From contig JAYENL010000029.1 of assembly GCA_034722055.1 (NCBI GenBank), positions 33,191 to 48,472 of the forward strand: 15,282 nt of DNA. The letters run 5' to 3'. Source of the stretch: Armatimonadota bacterium. Lineage in GTDB: Bacteria > Armatimonadota > Zipacnadia > Zipacnadales > UBA5352. A program made the translations under genes and the position numbers. The notes beneath the pieces are model-generated. The model was not told the origin of the DNA, did not search any database, and worked only from the letters and a program-made list of their open reading frames with translations. Positions 1-8,656 of this stretch are shown piece by piece (within the stretch, counting starts at the first letter, position 1; each line of letters opens with the position of its first letter).

Positions 1-183
1 CGCCAGCATCTCGTCGAGGTCGGTATACCAGCTCGGAATGCCGAACTCCTCCGCGAAGGCAGTGGCCCTCTCCTCAATCAGGTCGCAGCAGGCCACCATC
101 TCCCCGCGATCGATCAGGTCGTAGGCCCTGGCGTGACCCTTCGCCCGTCCCCCACATCCCAGAAACGCGCACCTGAAGCTCAT
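1..183 (-). CDS. Gfo/Idh/MocA family oxidoreductase, N-terminal part (runs off the window)
   Basis: Not in the ORF track. Manual translation from ATG at 183 gives MSFRCAFLGCGGRAKGHARAYDLIDRGEMVACCDLIEERATAFAEEFGIPSWYTDLDEMLA, with a Rossmann GCGG motif and the 'CD...A..FAEEFGI..YTD..EML' pattern. GGAGGAAGG RBS upstream. Confidence 0.88.
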   Translation of the reverse strand, partial: MSFRCAFLGCGGRAKGHARAYDLIDRGEMVACCDLIEERATAFAEEFGIPSWYTDLDEMLA

Positions 184-214
184 TGTGTCCTTCCTCCCAG
201 GAATCATGGAACCT

Positions 215-237
215 GTGGGGCAGGTTTTCAGCCTGCC
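215..237 (+). repeat. REP-like hairpin (GTGG + GGCAGG-TTTTCAG-CCTGCC)
   Basis: Tetranucleotide followed by a 6-bp stem, intergenic, next to other REP-like units. Confidence 0.45.
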
Positions 238-271
238 GCGTCATACAAATGCGACGACAAACCCGACGCGC

Positions 272-374
272 ACGGCCGGGCGGGCAGGGAAGCTCGCCCC
301 TCCTGACGGCATCGACGAAACGCCAAACCCATCGCCAACGGCCGGGCGAGCAGGGAAGCTCGCCCCTCCTGACG
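272..374 (-). repeat. Two tandem copies of a 37-bp REP-like palindrome (272-308, 338-374)
   Basis: ACGGCCGGGCG(G/A)GCAGGGAAGCTCGCCCCTCCTGACG twice, 36/37 identical, 29 bp apart. The minus strand reads GGAG + GGGCGAGC-loop-GCTCGCCC hairpin. Related copies at 6729, 6880, 15221. Confidence 0.85.
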
Positions 375-399
375 ACGTCAGGGGGACACCAGCCTGCGG

Positions 400-1824
400 T
401 CAGTCCCACCCTCCCCCCGCGCCCAGCCACCGGTGCAGCGGCGGCGGCGCCGGGTCGCAGACCTCGTTGAAGCGCAGGCTCTCCAGCGGCTGGTTCACAA
501 CCTCCTCGATGCGCCGCCGGGCCTGCGAGACCACGTTCGGGTGTTCATCGTGCAGGTTCGCGTCCTGATCGGGCAGCCGGAAGAGCATCGGCTCCGGATC
601 GTCGCGGCCCACCGGGCAGCAGTAGAGCCACTCGGCATCCATCACCGACGCCCAGCCGGCGGCGTTTCCGGTGCCCGCGCCCGCCCAGCCGTTCACGATG
701 TAGGGCCGCAGCTCATCGGCCTCGCCGGTGACCAGCGGCCACACGTTCACGCCCTCGCAGCGGTGCGGCACGTCCAGCAGCGACAGGATGGTGGGCATCA
801 CATCGTGGCTCTGCACGTAGCTGTCGATGACCAGCCCCGAGGGCGCATCCGGATGGTGCATGTACCACACGAAGCCGACGTTGTAGGTGCGCATATTCCC
901 GTGGCCCTTGCCGAAGCCGGTGTGGTCCATCAGCTCCGTGCCGTGGTCAGACAGCACCAGCACGATGGTGTCGTCCCACAGGTCAAGGTCCGAGAGCTTC
1001 TCGAAGACGCGCCCCACCTGCCTGTCCACGAAGGTGACCTCGCCCAGGTAGAGGGCCTTGATGCGCTCGATCTCCTCCTCAGTCGGCTCGCCGTGCTCCC
1101 AGGCCGCGCCGGGGAAGACCGGATCGATCCCCTCGTAGCCGGGCGTGTACTCGTCGGCGTACTGCGTGGGCGGGTCCCACGGCTCGTGGGGATCGAACAT
1201 CTCCACCCACAGCAGGAAGGGCGCGTTGCGGTGCGCCGCCTCCAGCCACTCGCAGGCGCTCTTCGCGACGCGGGCGCAGAGGTAGTCGTCCTGACTCTGG
1301 CGGCCGACCATGTTCGCGAGATACTGCGAGAGGGTCGTGTGGCGCTTCCAGTTGATCGGCTCCCGCACGCGCTTGCGCATCTCGTCCTCGATCAGCTCCG
1401 GGCGCACGGGCTTCCAGTTATCCGACTCCTGCCCGCGGATGAAGTCGAAGGTCGCGAAGCCCCGCCAGTAGTTCATGGTGGGCTTGAACATGTGATACAC
1501 GTCCGCCACCATGCCGGTGTAGTAGCCGTGGGCGGTGAGGACCTCGGCGAGGGTGTCCTGGTGCGGGGGGATCTTGTGCCAGCCGGGCTGGTGGTGCCAG
1601 TGGCCGCGGCGGTCGAAGGTGTAGCTCCACGGGAAGCTGCGGCAGCCGGTGTAGAAGCCGCGCCGCATCTGCAGCGTAGGCTGGCCCTCCCCGTAGGCGC
1701 CCTCGAAGGCGATGCCATTGGCGTAGAAGTCATCCAGGTATGGGGTGCGGCAGTAGTTGAGCGCCTTGTCGGGCCCGACGATGTCGTTGCGGAAGGTATC
1801 CAGGCAGATGGCGACGACGTTCAT
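400..1824 (-). CDS. Sulfatase-like hydrolase (alkaline phosphatase superfamily), non-canonical active-site motif
   Basis: 474 aa. N-terminal CLDTFR, TPYLD, PTLQMRRGFYTG at the signature position, FDPHEPW and LSDHG motifs. GAGGGGAG RBS. Confidence 0.88.
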   Translation of the reverse strand: MNVVAICLDTFRNDIVGPDKALNYCRTPYLDDFYANGIAFEGAYGEGQPTLQMRRGFYTGCRSFPWSYTFDRRGHWHHQPGWHKIPPHQDTLAEVLTAHGYYTGMVADVYHMFKPTMNYWRGFATFDFIRGQESDNWKPVRPELIEDEMRKRVREPINWKRHTTLSQYLANMVGRQSQDDYLCARVAKSACEWLEAAHRNAPFLLWVEMFDPHEPWDPPTQYADEYTPGYEGIDPVFPGAAWEHGEPTEEEIERIKALYLGEVTFVDRQVGRVFEKLSDLDLWDDTIVLVLSDHGTELMDHTGFGKGHGNMRTYNVGFVWYMHHPDAPSGLVIDSYVQSHDVMPTILSLLDVPHRCEGVNVWPLVTGEADELRPYIVNGWAGAGTGNAAGWASVMDAEWLYCCPVGRDDPEPMLFRLPDQDANLHDEHPNVVSQARRRIEEVVNQPLESLRFNEVCDPAPPPLHRWLGAGGGWD

Positions 1825-1931
1825 GCCGAACTCCCCTCGTGGCCTGACTATGATCCACGGCAGGGCAGTTTCGGCGCGAGGGATGGAGGGTCCTTCGTGA
1901 GAGACGAGCGTTATAGGAGAGAGGAAACCGC

Positions 1932-2675
1932 CTATTGCAGGCGATTGGAGTTCCTCAGATGACGATCGATAACCCGCTTCACGTACTCCGGCATTGGCTG
2001 CTCACTTGCGTCTGCTCGCTCTCGCAGGCGTTCGTACGCTTCGACTTCGTTCCCGTTCCATACAACAGCCAAGCGGCGCGTTTCCGTTAGTGCAATGTGT
2101 GCATACCCCTCAGGCGAAGCCCAGTAGCAGTTCTTACACACCCAAACGCGTTGGTCCTCAAGCTGATTGGGGCAGTGCTCGCACGACCAGGACTTGGCCC
2201 GATTGCACTCTCGGCAGACGAGCATGAAATCACGTGGCGGCCAGTCTCCGTTCACTTGGTCTCCCGCTACCTCGAAAGGTACTCTATGGTCCACCTGCAG
2301 GAACCGCTCGTCGGTGTGGCGCAGGCATAGCGCGCACACGGCACCGTGCTCCTGAACGAGGGCCTCTTTCACCGACTTGGGGATGACGCTTCGTCCACGC
2401 AGTTTCCCGTCGCGGACCTCCTCGGGCTCGCCGAAGCGGTAGGCTGCGATTGACTTACCCTCCGAGTTGGTCACGCGGTACGTCGCAATCGGGATGCCCT
2501 GTTCGCGCACGTCACGCACTGCCCTCGGGGGGTGCTCGTACCCGTAGGTTTGCTGCAAGTCCTCAGTGGTGATGTATCCGTGCTCCAGTATGTGCTCGAC
2601 TACGATGCGTGCACGCTTCCCAGTGACAGCGTCAAGTCGCTGCAGGGAATCATCGGGGTAGTCTGCTCTCGTCAC
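1932..2675 (-). CDS. HNH-family type II restriction endonuclease, SphI-like
   Basis: 247 aa. GYEHPPRAVRD, CALC...LQVDHRVP...CRECNRAKSWSCEHCPN...CKNCYWASPE, which resembles R.SphI as I recall it. GTG start overlaps the methylase TGA (GTGA). Confidence 0.8.
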   Translation of the reverse strand: MTRADYPDDSLQRLDAVTGKRARIVVEHILEHGYITTEDLQQTYGYEHPPRAVRDVREQGIPIATYRVTNSEGKSIAAYRFGEPEEVRDGKLRGRSVIPKSVKEALVQEHGAVCALCLRHTDERFLQVDHRVPFEVAGDQVNGDWPPRDFMLVCRECNRAKSWSCEHCPNQLEDQRVWVCKNCYWASPEGYAHIALTETRRLAVVWNGNEVEAYERLRERADASEQPMPEYVKRVIDRHLRNSNRLQ

Positions 2676-3586
2676 GTTAGATCCAGCAGCCGGAGCTGCT
2701 CCGGGGAAGCCGTCTGGTGCCGCTTTTCGAGGTCCGAGTGGATACGTGCGACTAAGGCAGGTGACAGATAGAGCGACTCGACGGTGTTGGCATCGCGCCC
2801 AAGGAGCGTAGCCTGCGAGGAACGGCCTGCGTCTATCTGGATATGCAGCAGGCCCAAGACTTCCGGCATTGGGCGGCCGAACTGCTTCGACCCCGTTCGG
2901 CCATCATAGCTGAGGATATATGATATGCACCGCTCGTTCGCGGAGTCGAGCGCCCGCAAGAAGGCTTCGAACGTGATGGTATCCCTATACCGCGGGTCGC
3001 GGCCGTTGGACACGCCTTGGTACGGAGGGTCCATGTAGACCAGGTCTCCGCGGAGTGCCTCGGCCAGTACTTCGGTATAGTCGCACGATGTCAGTTTCAC
3101 CCGCCCCGCGAGAAGTCTGGACGCCTCCATAATCCGGCGTCTGAGTCTCTTGGGGTGAGCTCCCTTTCGGCGGTTGTCTGGGCTCTGGTTGAACTCGCCG
3201 TCGGAGTTGTAGCGAACTGAGGCCTTAACGCACCTCGCCAAGAGGTAGAGGAAGTCCGACGGCGAACGCGATCGGTTGAACCGATCGCGGACGACATCAT
3301 AGAATTCACGCTCCTGGCCCTTCTGGGCGTGCCAGAGCTTAGCGTATTCAGACAGCAAGGCCTCCGGGGCGTTCACGATCTCCTCCCAGAGGCTCATGAC
3401 CGATCTATCGATGTCATTCAGCCAGAACTTATCGGCCAGCCCGTTTGCGGCGCCCGCCAGCGCGACAGCAGCAGACCCAGCGAATGGCTCTATCACACGC
3501 TCGACGTCGGTCGGGAAATACCGCAGGATGGTGTCGGCCAGTTGCCGCTTGCTGCCCTGATATGGAAATGGGCTTGCTACCCCCAC
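2672..3586 (-). CDS. Dam/D12-class N6-adenine DNA methyltransferase (cognate MTase of the RM pair)
   Basis: 304 aa. Motif X PFPYQGSKRQLA, motif I EPFAGSAA, motif IV YMDPPY. Strong GGAGGAGG RBS before the GTG. Confidence 0.92.
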   Translation of the reverse strand: MGVASPFPYQGSKRQLADTILRYFPTDVERVIEPFAGSAAVALAGAANGLADKFWLNDIDRSVMSLWEEIVNAPEALLSEYAKLWHAQKGQEREFYDVVRDRFNRSRSPSDFLYLLARCVKASVRYNSDGEFNQSPDNRRKGAHPKRLRRRIMEASRLLAGRVKLTSCDYTEVLAEALRGDLVYMDPPYQGVSNGRDPRYRDTITFEAFLRALDSANERCISYILSYDGRTGSKQFGRPMPEVLGLLHIQIDAGRSSQATLLGRDANTVESLYLSPALVARIHSDLEKRHQTASPEQLRLLDLT

Positions 3587-3797
3587 GACACGCCCCTCCT
3601 CCCATGTGCTCTACTCCGTCGACTAACGGCAAAGTGCGACGGAACACCTGTTCACGGCGCGGGGGCATGATCCCCACGATGCCCTCAAGCCAAGCCTGGA
3701 GCTTCGGTGGCAGCTTGGACTTCAGTTGCTGGTACTCGTCCGCAGCCACCTGGGGCGTCGCCGCATTAACGACGGCATCTCTGCTGTCATCCGCCAT
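3429..3797 (-). CDS. Orphan ORF / possible truncated gene at the head of the RM operon
   Basis: ATG at 3797 with GGGAGGGA RBS and an upstream promoter. MADDSRDAVVNAATPQVAADEYQQLKSKLPPKLQAWLEGIVG...; the last 158 nt overlap the MTase out of frame. Confidence 0.4.
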   Translation of the reverse strand: MADDSRDAVVNAATPQVAADEYQQLKSKLPPKLQAWLEGIVGIMPPRREQVFRRTLPLVDGVEHMGGGACRGGSKPISISGQQAATGRHHPAVFPDRRRACDRAIRWVCCCRAGGRRKRAGR

Positions 3798-3829
3798 GCA
3801 TGTCCCTCCCGGAGAGTGCCTATAGCCAC

Positions 3830-3858
3830 ATTCTACTCCATCTCCCCTTGCCGCGCAA
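3830..3858 (-). promoter_or_regulatory. Putative sigma70-type promoter for orphan ORF-MTase-REase
   Basis: Minus strand TTGCGC (3858-3853) - 17 bp - TAGAAT (3835-3830). Confidence 0.6.
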
Positions 3859-4052
3859 CCTCGCTGACCCATTCCGGCAGCGTCCAGATTTGGCTCCCTG
3901 ACGCGCGCCCTTCCTGCCCCGAGCACCCCGGCCACCGTCGGCCTCCGAGAACGTGCGGTTTCCCCGACCCGCAGACGGGCCAAAGGCTCGCAGGCGAATT
4001 GAGGTCCTGCCGGCCCCTTTGGCCCTTGAAGCCTGAAAGGAGACGCGAAAGC

Positions 4053-4077
4053 CACTTGACAATCATGCTATCAAGTG
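4053..4077. promoter_or_regulatory. HAIR-like inverted repeat (putative HspR operator)
   Basis: CACTTGA-N11-TCAAGTG. The core CTTGA-N11-TCAAG has the 21-bp geometry of HAIR (CTTGAGT-N7-ACTCAAG). Overlaps the -35 and spacer. An hspR-like gene lies downstream. Confidence 0.7.
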
Positions 4078-4084
4078 ATATAGT
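4056..4084 (+). promoter_or_regulatory. sigma70/sigmaA promoter of the dnaK operon
   Basis: TTGACA (4056-4061) - 17 bp - TATAGT (4079-4084). Confidence 0.85.
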
Positions 4085-4259
4085 GCACATGCTGAAGGAC
4101 GAAGAGGCCCCGCCTGGGGGGATGCGTAAGCACACCAAGCCCGGCGACCGATGCATGAGGACGCCGGGGATGCGCGTGAAGTTTCAAGGCCGCGCTCACT
4201 GACGGGCATGCTCGTGTGGCCGCCACGCGCGGTGAAATATCGAGAAGAGGTGACACACA

Positions 4260-6167
4260 GTGGCGAAAGTGGTCGGGATCGACCTGGGAACCACCAACTC
4301 CTGCGTCGCAGTCGTGGAGGCCGGGGACCCGAAGGTCATCCCCAACGCCGAGGGCGGTCGCACCACGCCGTCGGTCGTGGGGTTCTCCAAGGACGGCGAG
4401 CGGCTCGTCGGCCAGCCGGCCAAGCGGCAGGCGATCCTCAACCCGGATCGCACCGTGGCGTCCATCAAGCGCCAGATGGGCACGCGCGAGCAGCACACTA
4501 TCGACGGGAAGGACTACTCGCCGGAGCAGATCTCGGCGATGATCCTGCGCAAGCTCAAGGATGACGCAGCCGACTACCTGGGCGAGGACGTCCCGCGCGC
4601 GGTCATCACCGTGCCGGCGTACTTCGACGACAATCAGCGCACGGCCACCAAGCAGGCCGGCGAGATCGCCGGGCTGGAGGTCATGCGCATCATCAACGAG
4701 CCCACTGCCGCGGCCCTCGCCTACGGGCATCAGATGCAGAAGCTCGAGGGCACCATCATGGTGTATGACCTCGGCGGCGGCACCTTCGACGTCTCCATCA
4801 TGGACGTGGAGGTGGACAAGGCCAACACCGAGGAGCGCGACTACTTCGAGGTGCGCTCCACCGCCGGTGACACGCACCTGGGCGGTGACGACTTCGACCA
4901 GCGCATCATCGACTGGATGGCCGAGGAGTTCAACAGGGACGTGGGCATCGACCTGCGCAAGGATCGCCAGGCCCTCCAGCGGCTCAAGGAGGCCGCTGAG
5001 AAGGCCAAGTGCGAGCTCTCCAGCGCCATCCAGACGCAGATCTCGCTGCCCTTCATCACCTCCGTCGAGGGCGAGGGGCCCAAGCACCTGGAGATGACCC
5101 TCACCCGCGCGAAGTTCGAGGAGCTCATCGCCGATCTGGTCAAGAAGACCGCCGAGAGCCTCAAGCGGGCCATGGAGGACGCCGGCGTGGAGCCCGGTGA
5201 CCTCCAGGACGTCATCCTGGTGGGTGGCTCCACGCGCATCCCGATGGTGCAGAACCTTGTCGAGGAGCTGGCGGGCAAGCCGCCGCGGAAGGGCATCAAC
5301 CCCGATGAGGTTGTGGCCATCGGCGCCGCCATCCAGGCGGCGGTGCTTGGCGACGAGATGCAGGACATGGTCCTGGTGGACGTCACCCCGCTGACGTTGG
5401 GCATCGAGACCCTGGGCGATGTGTTCGATGGGCTGATCGAGCGCAACACCTCGATCCCCACCAAGGTGCAGCGCACCTACACCACGGCCTCGGACAACCA
5501 GTCCACCGTGGAGGTGCACGTGCTGCAGGGCGAGCGGAGGAGGGCCAGCCAGAACAAGTCGCTGGGCCGCTTCCACCTCACCGGCATCCCGCCGGCGCCC
5601 CGCGGCATACCGCAGATCGAGGTGACCTTCGACATCGACGCCAACGGCATCCTGAACGTGACCGCCCAGGACAAGGCCACCGGCCGGGAGCAGGACATCA
5701 CTATCACCGGCTCCGGGCAGCTCTCCGACGACGAGGTCGAGCGCATGGTCCACGAGGCTGAGGAGCACGCCGAGGAGGACCAGAAGTTCGAGGAGCTGGC
5801 CCAGGCCCGCAACAAGGCCGATCAGCTCGCGCATCAGATCGAGACCGCGCTCGACGACCTGCCGGTGTCCGATTCGGACAAGGACGCCGTTCGGCAGAAG
5901 GTCGAGGGCATGCGCGAGGCGGCGAAGGGCGACGATGCCGCCGCCATCGAGGCAGCCATCGACGAGGCCCAGGATGAGTTCGCACGCGTCTCGCAGCAGG
6001 CCTACGAGGCGGCCGGCGCGGCCGCGGGCGGCGGTGGCGCGCAGGCCGGCGCAGGCGCTGGAGCCGGTCCTGGCCCACAGCCCGGGGCAGGTCCGGAGAG
6101 CGGCGCTGCCGCGGGCGGCGATGAGGAGGTCATCGACGCCGAGTTCGAGGCGGAAGACGAGGAGTAA
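4260..6167 (+). CDS. dnaK: Molecular chaperone DnaK (Hsp70)
   Basis: [44 protein letters not shown] and [16 protein letters not shown] motifs; C-terminal DAEFE. GAGGTG RBS, GTG start. Confidence 0.99.
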   Translation: MAKVVGIDLGTTNSCVAVVEAGDPKVIPNAEGGRTTPSVVGFSKDGERLVGQPAKRQAILNPDRTVASIKRQMGTREQHTIDGKDYSPEQISAMILRKLKDDAADYLGEDVPRAVITVPAYFDDNQRTATKQAGEIAGLEVMRIINEPTAAALAYGHQMQKLEGTIMVYDLGGGTFDVSIMDVEVDKANTEERDYFEVRSTAGDTHLGGDDFDQRIIDWMAEEFNRDVGIDLRKDRQALQRLKEAAEKAKCELSSAIQTQISLPFITSVEGEGPKHLEMTLTRAKFEELIADLVKKTAESLKRAMEDAGVEPGDLQDVILVGGSTRIPMVQNLVEELAGKPPRKGINPDEVVAIGAAIQAAVLGDEMQDMVLVDVTPLTLGIETLGDVFDGLIERNTSIPTKVQRTYTTASDNQSTVEVHVLQGERRRASQNKSLGRFHLTGIPPAPRGIPQIEVTFDIDANGILNVTAQDKATGREQDITITGSGQLSDDEVERMVHEAEEHAEEDQKFEELAQARNKADQLAHQIETALDDLPVSDSDKDAVRQKVEGMREAAKGDDAAAIEAAIDEAQDEFARVSQQAYEAAGAAAGGGGAQAGAGAGAGPGPQPGAGPESGAAAGGDEEVIDAEFEAEDEE

Positions 6168-6192
6168 CCGCCTCGGCGGAAGCTGAGCGAAA

Positions 6193-6222
6193 CCGGGCGG
6201 GCAGATCATCTCGCCCGCCCGG
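6193..6222 (+). terminator. GC-rich hairpin after dnaK (mRNA stabiliser/attenuator; no U-tract)
   Basis: CCGGGCGGGC-N10-GCCCGCCCGG perfect 10-bp stem. Confidence 0.45.
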
Positions 6223-6274
6223 ACCGCCACGGTGCATGCACCGTACCTACAGCGACCCACACTGACGTCACGGC

Positions 6275-6727
6275 ATGGTGAGCCCGAGAGAGATGCGCTC
6301 GACGTGGACTGAGCCAATGGAGGAGTTCTTTGAGCTGAGGGATCGGCTCTACCGGCTGCTGGACGAGAGCTTCCAGCCCCAGCGGTCGGAGACGGCGCCG
6401 TCCTTCAGCCCGCCGGTGGATATCCTGGCCACCGACGAGGAGGTCGTGATCCTCGTGGAGGCCCCCGGCATGAGCCGGGACGACGTGGCGGTGGAGGTTG
6501 ACGAGGCGGTGGTGACCATTCGCGGCCAGCGCGATCAGGCCGACGCCGACGGACAGTATTACGTGCGGGAGCGCCCGGTCGGCAGCTTCAGCCGGTCGTT
6601 CTCGCTGGCCTATGACCTGGATCCGGACACGGTCGCGGCGAAGCTGGAGGACGGCGTGCTGCAGATGACTGTGCAGCGCCGCAGCCCGACGAGAGAGATC
6701 GACGTGAGCGGGGCGGAGACGGCGTAG
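6275..6727 (+). CDS. Hsp20/alpha-crystallin small heat-shock protein (acidic)
   Basis: PPVDI...EAPGM...ERPVGSFSRSFSL...AKLEDGVL and a C-terminal IDV motif. Exact start codon uncertain. Confidence 0.93.
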   Translation: MVSPREMRSTWTEPMEEFFELRDRLYRLLDESFQPQRSETAPSFSPPVDILATDEEVVILVEAPGMSRDDVAVEVDEAVVTIRGQRDQADADGQYYVRERPVGSFSRSFSLAYDLDPDTVAAKLEDGVLQMTVQRRSPTREIDVSGAETA

Positions 6728-6728
6728 A

Positions 6729-6916
6729 ACGGCCGGGCGGGAGCGCAGTCCCGCCCCTCGAAACGGCGGGACCAAGGCCGCCGTTCCGTGGCACGGACAT
6801 TGGAGACCTCTGGTCTCGGTCCGTGCGCCGCGTGTCGTTGTCGGGCTGGAAGCCCGACCCACGCGAAGGATGGAGACGATCGGCCGGGCGGGAACGGAGA
6901 CCCGCCCCTCCAAACG
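6729..6916. repeat. BIME-like cluster of REP-like palindromes between the two hsp20 genes
   Basis: 37-bp family copies at 6729-6765 and 6880-6916 bracket other hairpins: AACGGCGG/CCGCCGTT (6762-6785), GCACGGAC..GAGACC-TCT-GGTCTC..GTCCGTGC (6791-6826), GTCGGGC-TGGAA-GCCCGAC-CCAC (6840-6862). Confidence 0.75.
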
Positions 6917-7034
6917 TCTCAGCAAACGTCGCCAGAAGCCTAGAGAATAGCAGGCTATGGACAGGACTCAGGTCCCAGCCCGACGGACATGCTCAGCAGC
7001 GCGCCGCAATGCTGGCAGACGAGGAGTCAGGCCC

Positions 7035-7466
7035 GTGAGGAGGCGCACTCAGCATCCATTGCGCGAGATTCGGGCGCTGACCGAGCGCCTGCGGGAGGCC
7101 ATGGCCCTGTCGCGGCGCCGCCGGCCGGCGCGGCCCAGCGCCTGGCAGCCGCCCATGGACCTGCGCGCAACTGAGGACGCCTACATCCTGGAGCTGGACC
7201 TGCCCGGCGCCCGCCGCGAGGACGTAGCCGCCAGCGCCGAGGACGGGGTGCTGCGGGTGCGCGGCGAGGTGCGACTGTGGGAGGATCTGCAGGACGCCCG
7301 GCGGGTACGGGCCGAACGGCCCATGGGCCGCTTCGCGCGCTCCATCCGGCTCCCCTCGGACGCGGATACCACCGAAATCACCGCGACACTCGCTGATGGC
7401 GTGCTGACCATTTGCGTCGGCCGCCGACAGAAGGGCGGGCGCATCGACATACAGATCGGATCGTGA
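7035..7466 (+). CDS. Hsp20/alpha-crystallin small heat-shock protein (Arg-rich)
   Basis: Likely GTG start at 7035 after GAGGAG RBS (7021-7026), not 6957. WQPPMDL...LDLPG...ERPMGRFARSIRLP...ATLADGVLTI...RIDIQI. Confidence 0.9.
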   Translation: MRRRTQHPLREIRALTERLREAMALSRRRRPARPSAWQPPMDLRATEDAYILELDLPGARREDVAASAEDGVLRVRGEVRLWEDLQDARRVRAERPMGRFARSIRLPSDADTTEITATLADGVLTICVGRRQKGGRIDIQIGS

Positions 7467-7472
7467 GGAATC

Positions 7473-8612
7473 GTGCGCGTTGATCAGAAGCCGGACTTCT
7501 ACGAGATCCTGGGGGTGGACCGCGACGCCTCGCAGGACGAGATCAAGAAGGCATACCGGCGCCTGGCTCGCAAGTACCACCCGGACGTGAACCCGGGGGA
7601 TGATGAGGCGGAGGCCCGGTTCAAGGAGATCAGCCAGGCCTACCAGACCCTCAAGGATCCCGAGAAGCGGCAGAAATACGATCAGTTCGGCGATGCCTGG
7701 GATCAGGCCCGAAGCTCCGGCCAGTGGCAGCAGGGCGACTTCCGGGAGTTCGTCAACACGCAGTTCGGTCCCGGCTCCTTCCGCGACATCTTCGGCGACC
7801 TGTTCGGGGACATGGGCGCCGGTCGGGGCTTCGCGTTCGCGACCGGTGGCCGCAGCCGGGTGCACCCGGAGCCGGGCCCTACCCGCGGCCAGGATGTGGA
7901 GTACGAGCTGCCTGTCAGCTTTGATGAAGCTGTGCATGGGGCCGAGAAGCAGGTTTCGCTGACGCTGACCGATCGCTGCCCCCGGTGCGAGGGCATGGGC
8001 GGCGAGACCGAGGTCTGTCCCGCCTGCGGGGGCACGGGCCAGGCGCAGAGCGGCGGCGGCTTCTTCAACCTCCGCGCCGCCTGCCCGCAGTGCCACGGCA
8101 CCGGGCGGGTGGTGACCACCCGCTGCACCGAGTGCGGCGGCTCTGGCGAAGTTACCCGCCGGCGGCGCATCACAGTGAATATCCCGGCCGGCGTGGAGAC
8201 CGGCAGCAAGGTGCGCGTCCGCGGCGAGGGCGGGCGCGGGGTCGCGGGGGGACAGGCGGGCGACCTGATCCTCACCGTCCGCGTGCAGCCGCACGCGATC
8301 TTCGAGCGCGACGGCGACGATATCCGCGTGGAGCTGCCGGTGACCTTCACGGAGGCGGCACTCGGCGCGAAGGTGACGGTGCCCACCATCGACGGCAACG
8401 TCACCATGACCATCCCTCCCGGCACCCAGAGCGGGCAGGAGCTGCGGCTGAAGGGCCGCGGCGTGAAGCATCTCAACACCGGCGGCCGGGGCGACCAGTA
8501 CGTGACGATCAGCGTCAAGGTTCCCGACAAGCTCTCCAGCCGCCAGCGGCAGATGCTGCAGGAGTTCGACGAGAGCTGGAGCGCGAACCCGCGCCGCACG
8601 CTGGGGGCGTAG
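7473..8612 (+). CDS. dnaJ: Molecular chaperone DnaJ (class A)
   Basis: J-domain with HPD, G/F-rich region, four CxxCxGxG zinc motifs, C-terminal domain. Confidence 0.97.
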   Translation: MRVDQKPDFYEILGVDRDASQDEIKKAYRRLARKYHPDVNPGDDEAEARFKEISQAYQTLKDPEKRQKYDQFGDAWDQARSSGQWQQGDFREFVNTQFGPGSFRDIFGDLFGDMGAGRGFAFATGGRSRVHPEPGPTRGQDVEYELPVSFDEAVHGAEKQVSLTLTDRCPRCEGMGGETEVCPACGGTGQAQSGGGFFNLRAACPQCHGTGRVVTTRCTECGGSGEVTRRRRITVNIPAGVETGSKVRVRGEGGRGVAGGQAGDLILTVRVQPHAIFERDGDDIRVELPVTFTEAALGAKVTVPTIDGNVTMTIPPGTQSGQELRLKGRGVKHLNTGGRGDQYVTISVKVPDKLSSRQRQMLQEFDESWSANPRRTLGA

Positions 8613-8656
8613 GGGATTTGTCAGGCTTGGGACGCGCAATAGTACAGGTGATATAG

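Noticed and set aside
272..374. CRISPR mini-array (two 37-bp repeats, 29-bp spacer)
   Set aside because: Only two units, no cas genes or leader in the window, and variant copies occur dispersed in both orientations, which fits REP elements.
74..568. Short ORFs with repeated peptides (VRRGELPC, GRAGKLAPPD)
   Set aside because: These are translations of the REP-like DNA repeats.
4071..6317. 748-aa antisense ORF opposite dnaK
   Set aside because: Well-known shadow frame of high-GC dnaK genes, often misannotated as NAD-specific glutamate dehydrogenase; explained by codon bias.
8618..8645. Internal hspR promoter TTGTCA-16-TAGTAC
   Set aside because: Weak -10, and it would leave almost no leader before the RBS; not supportable.
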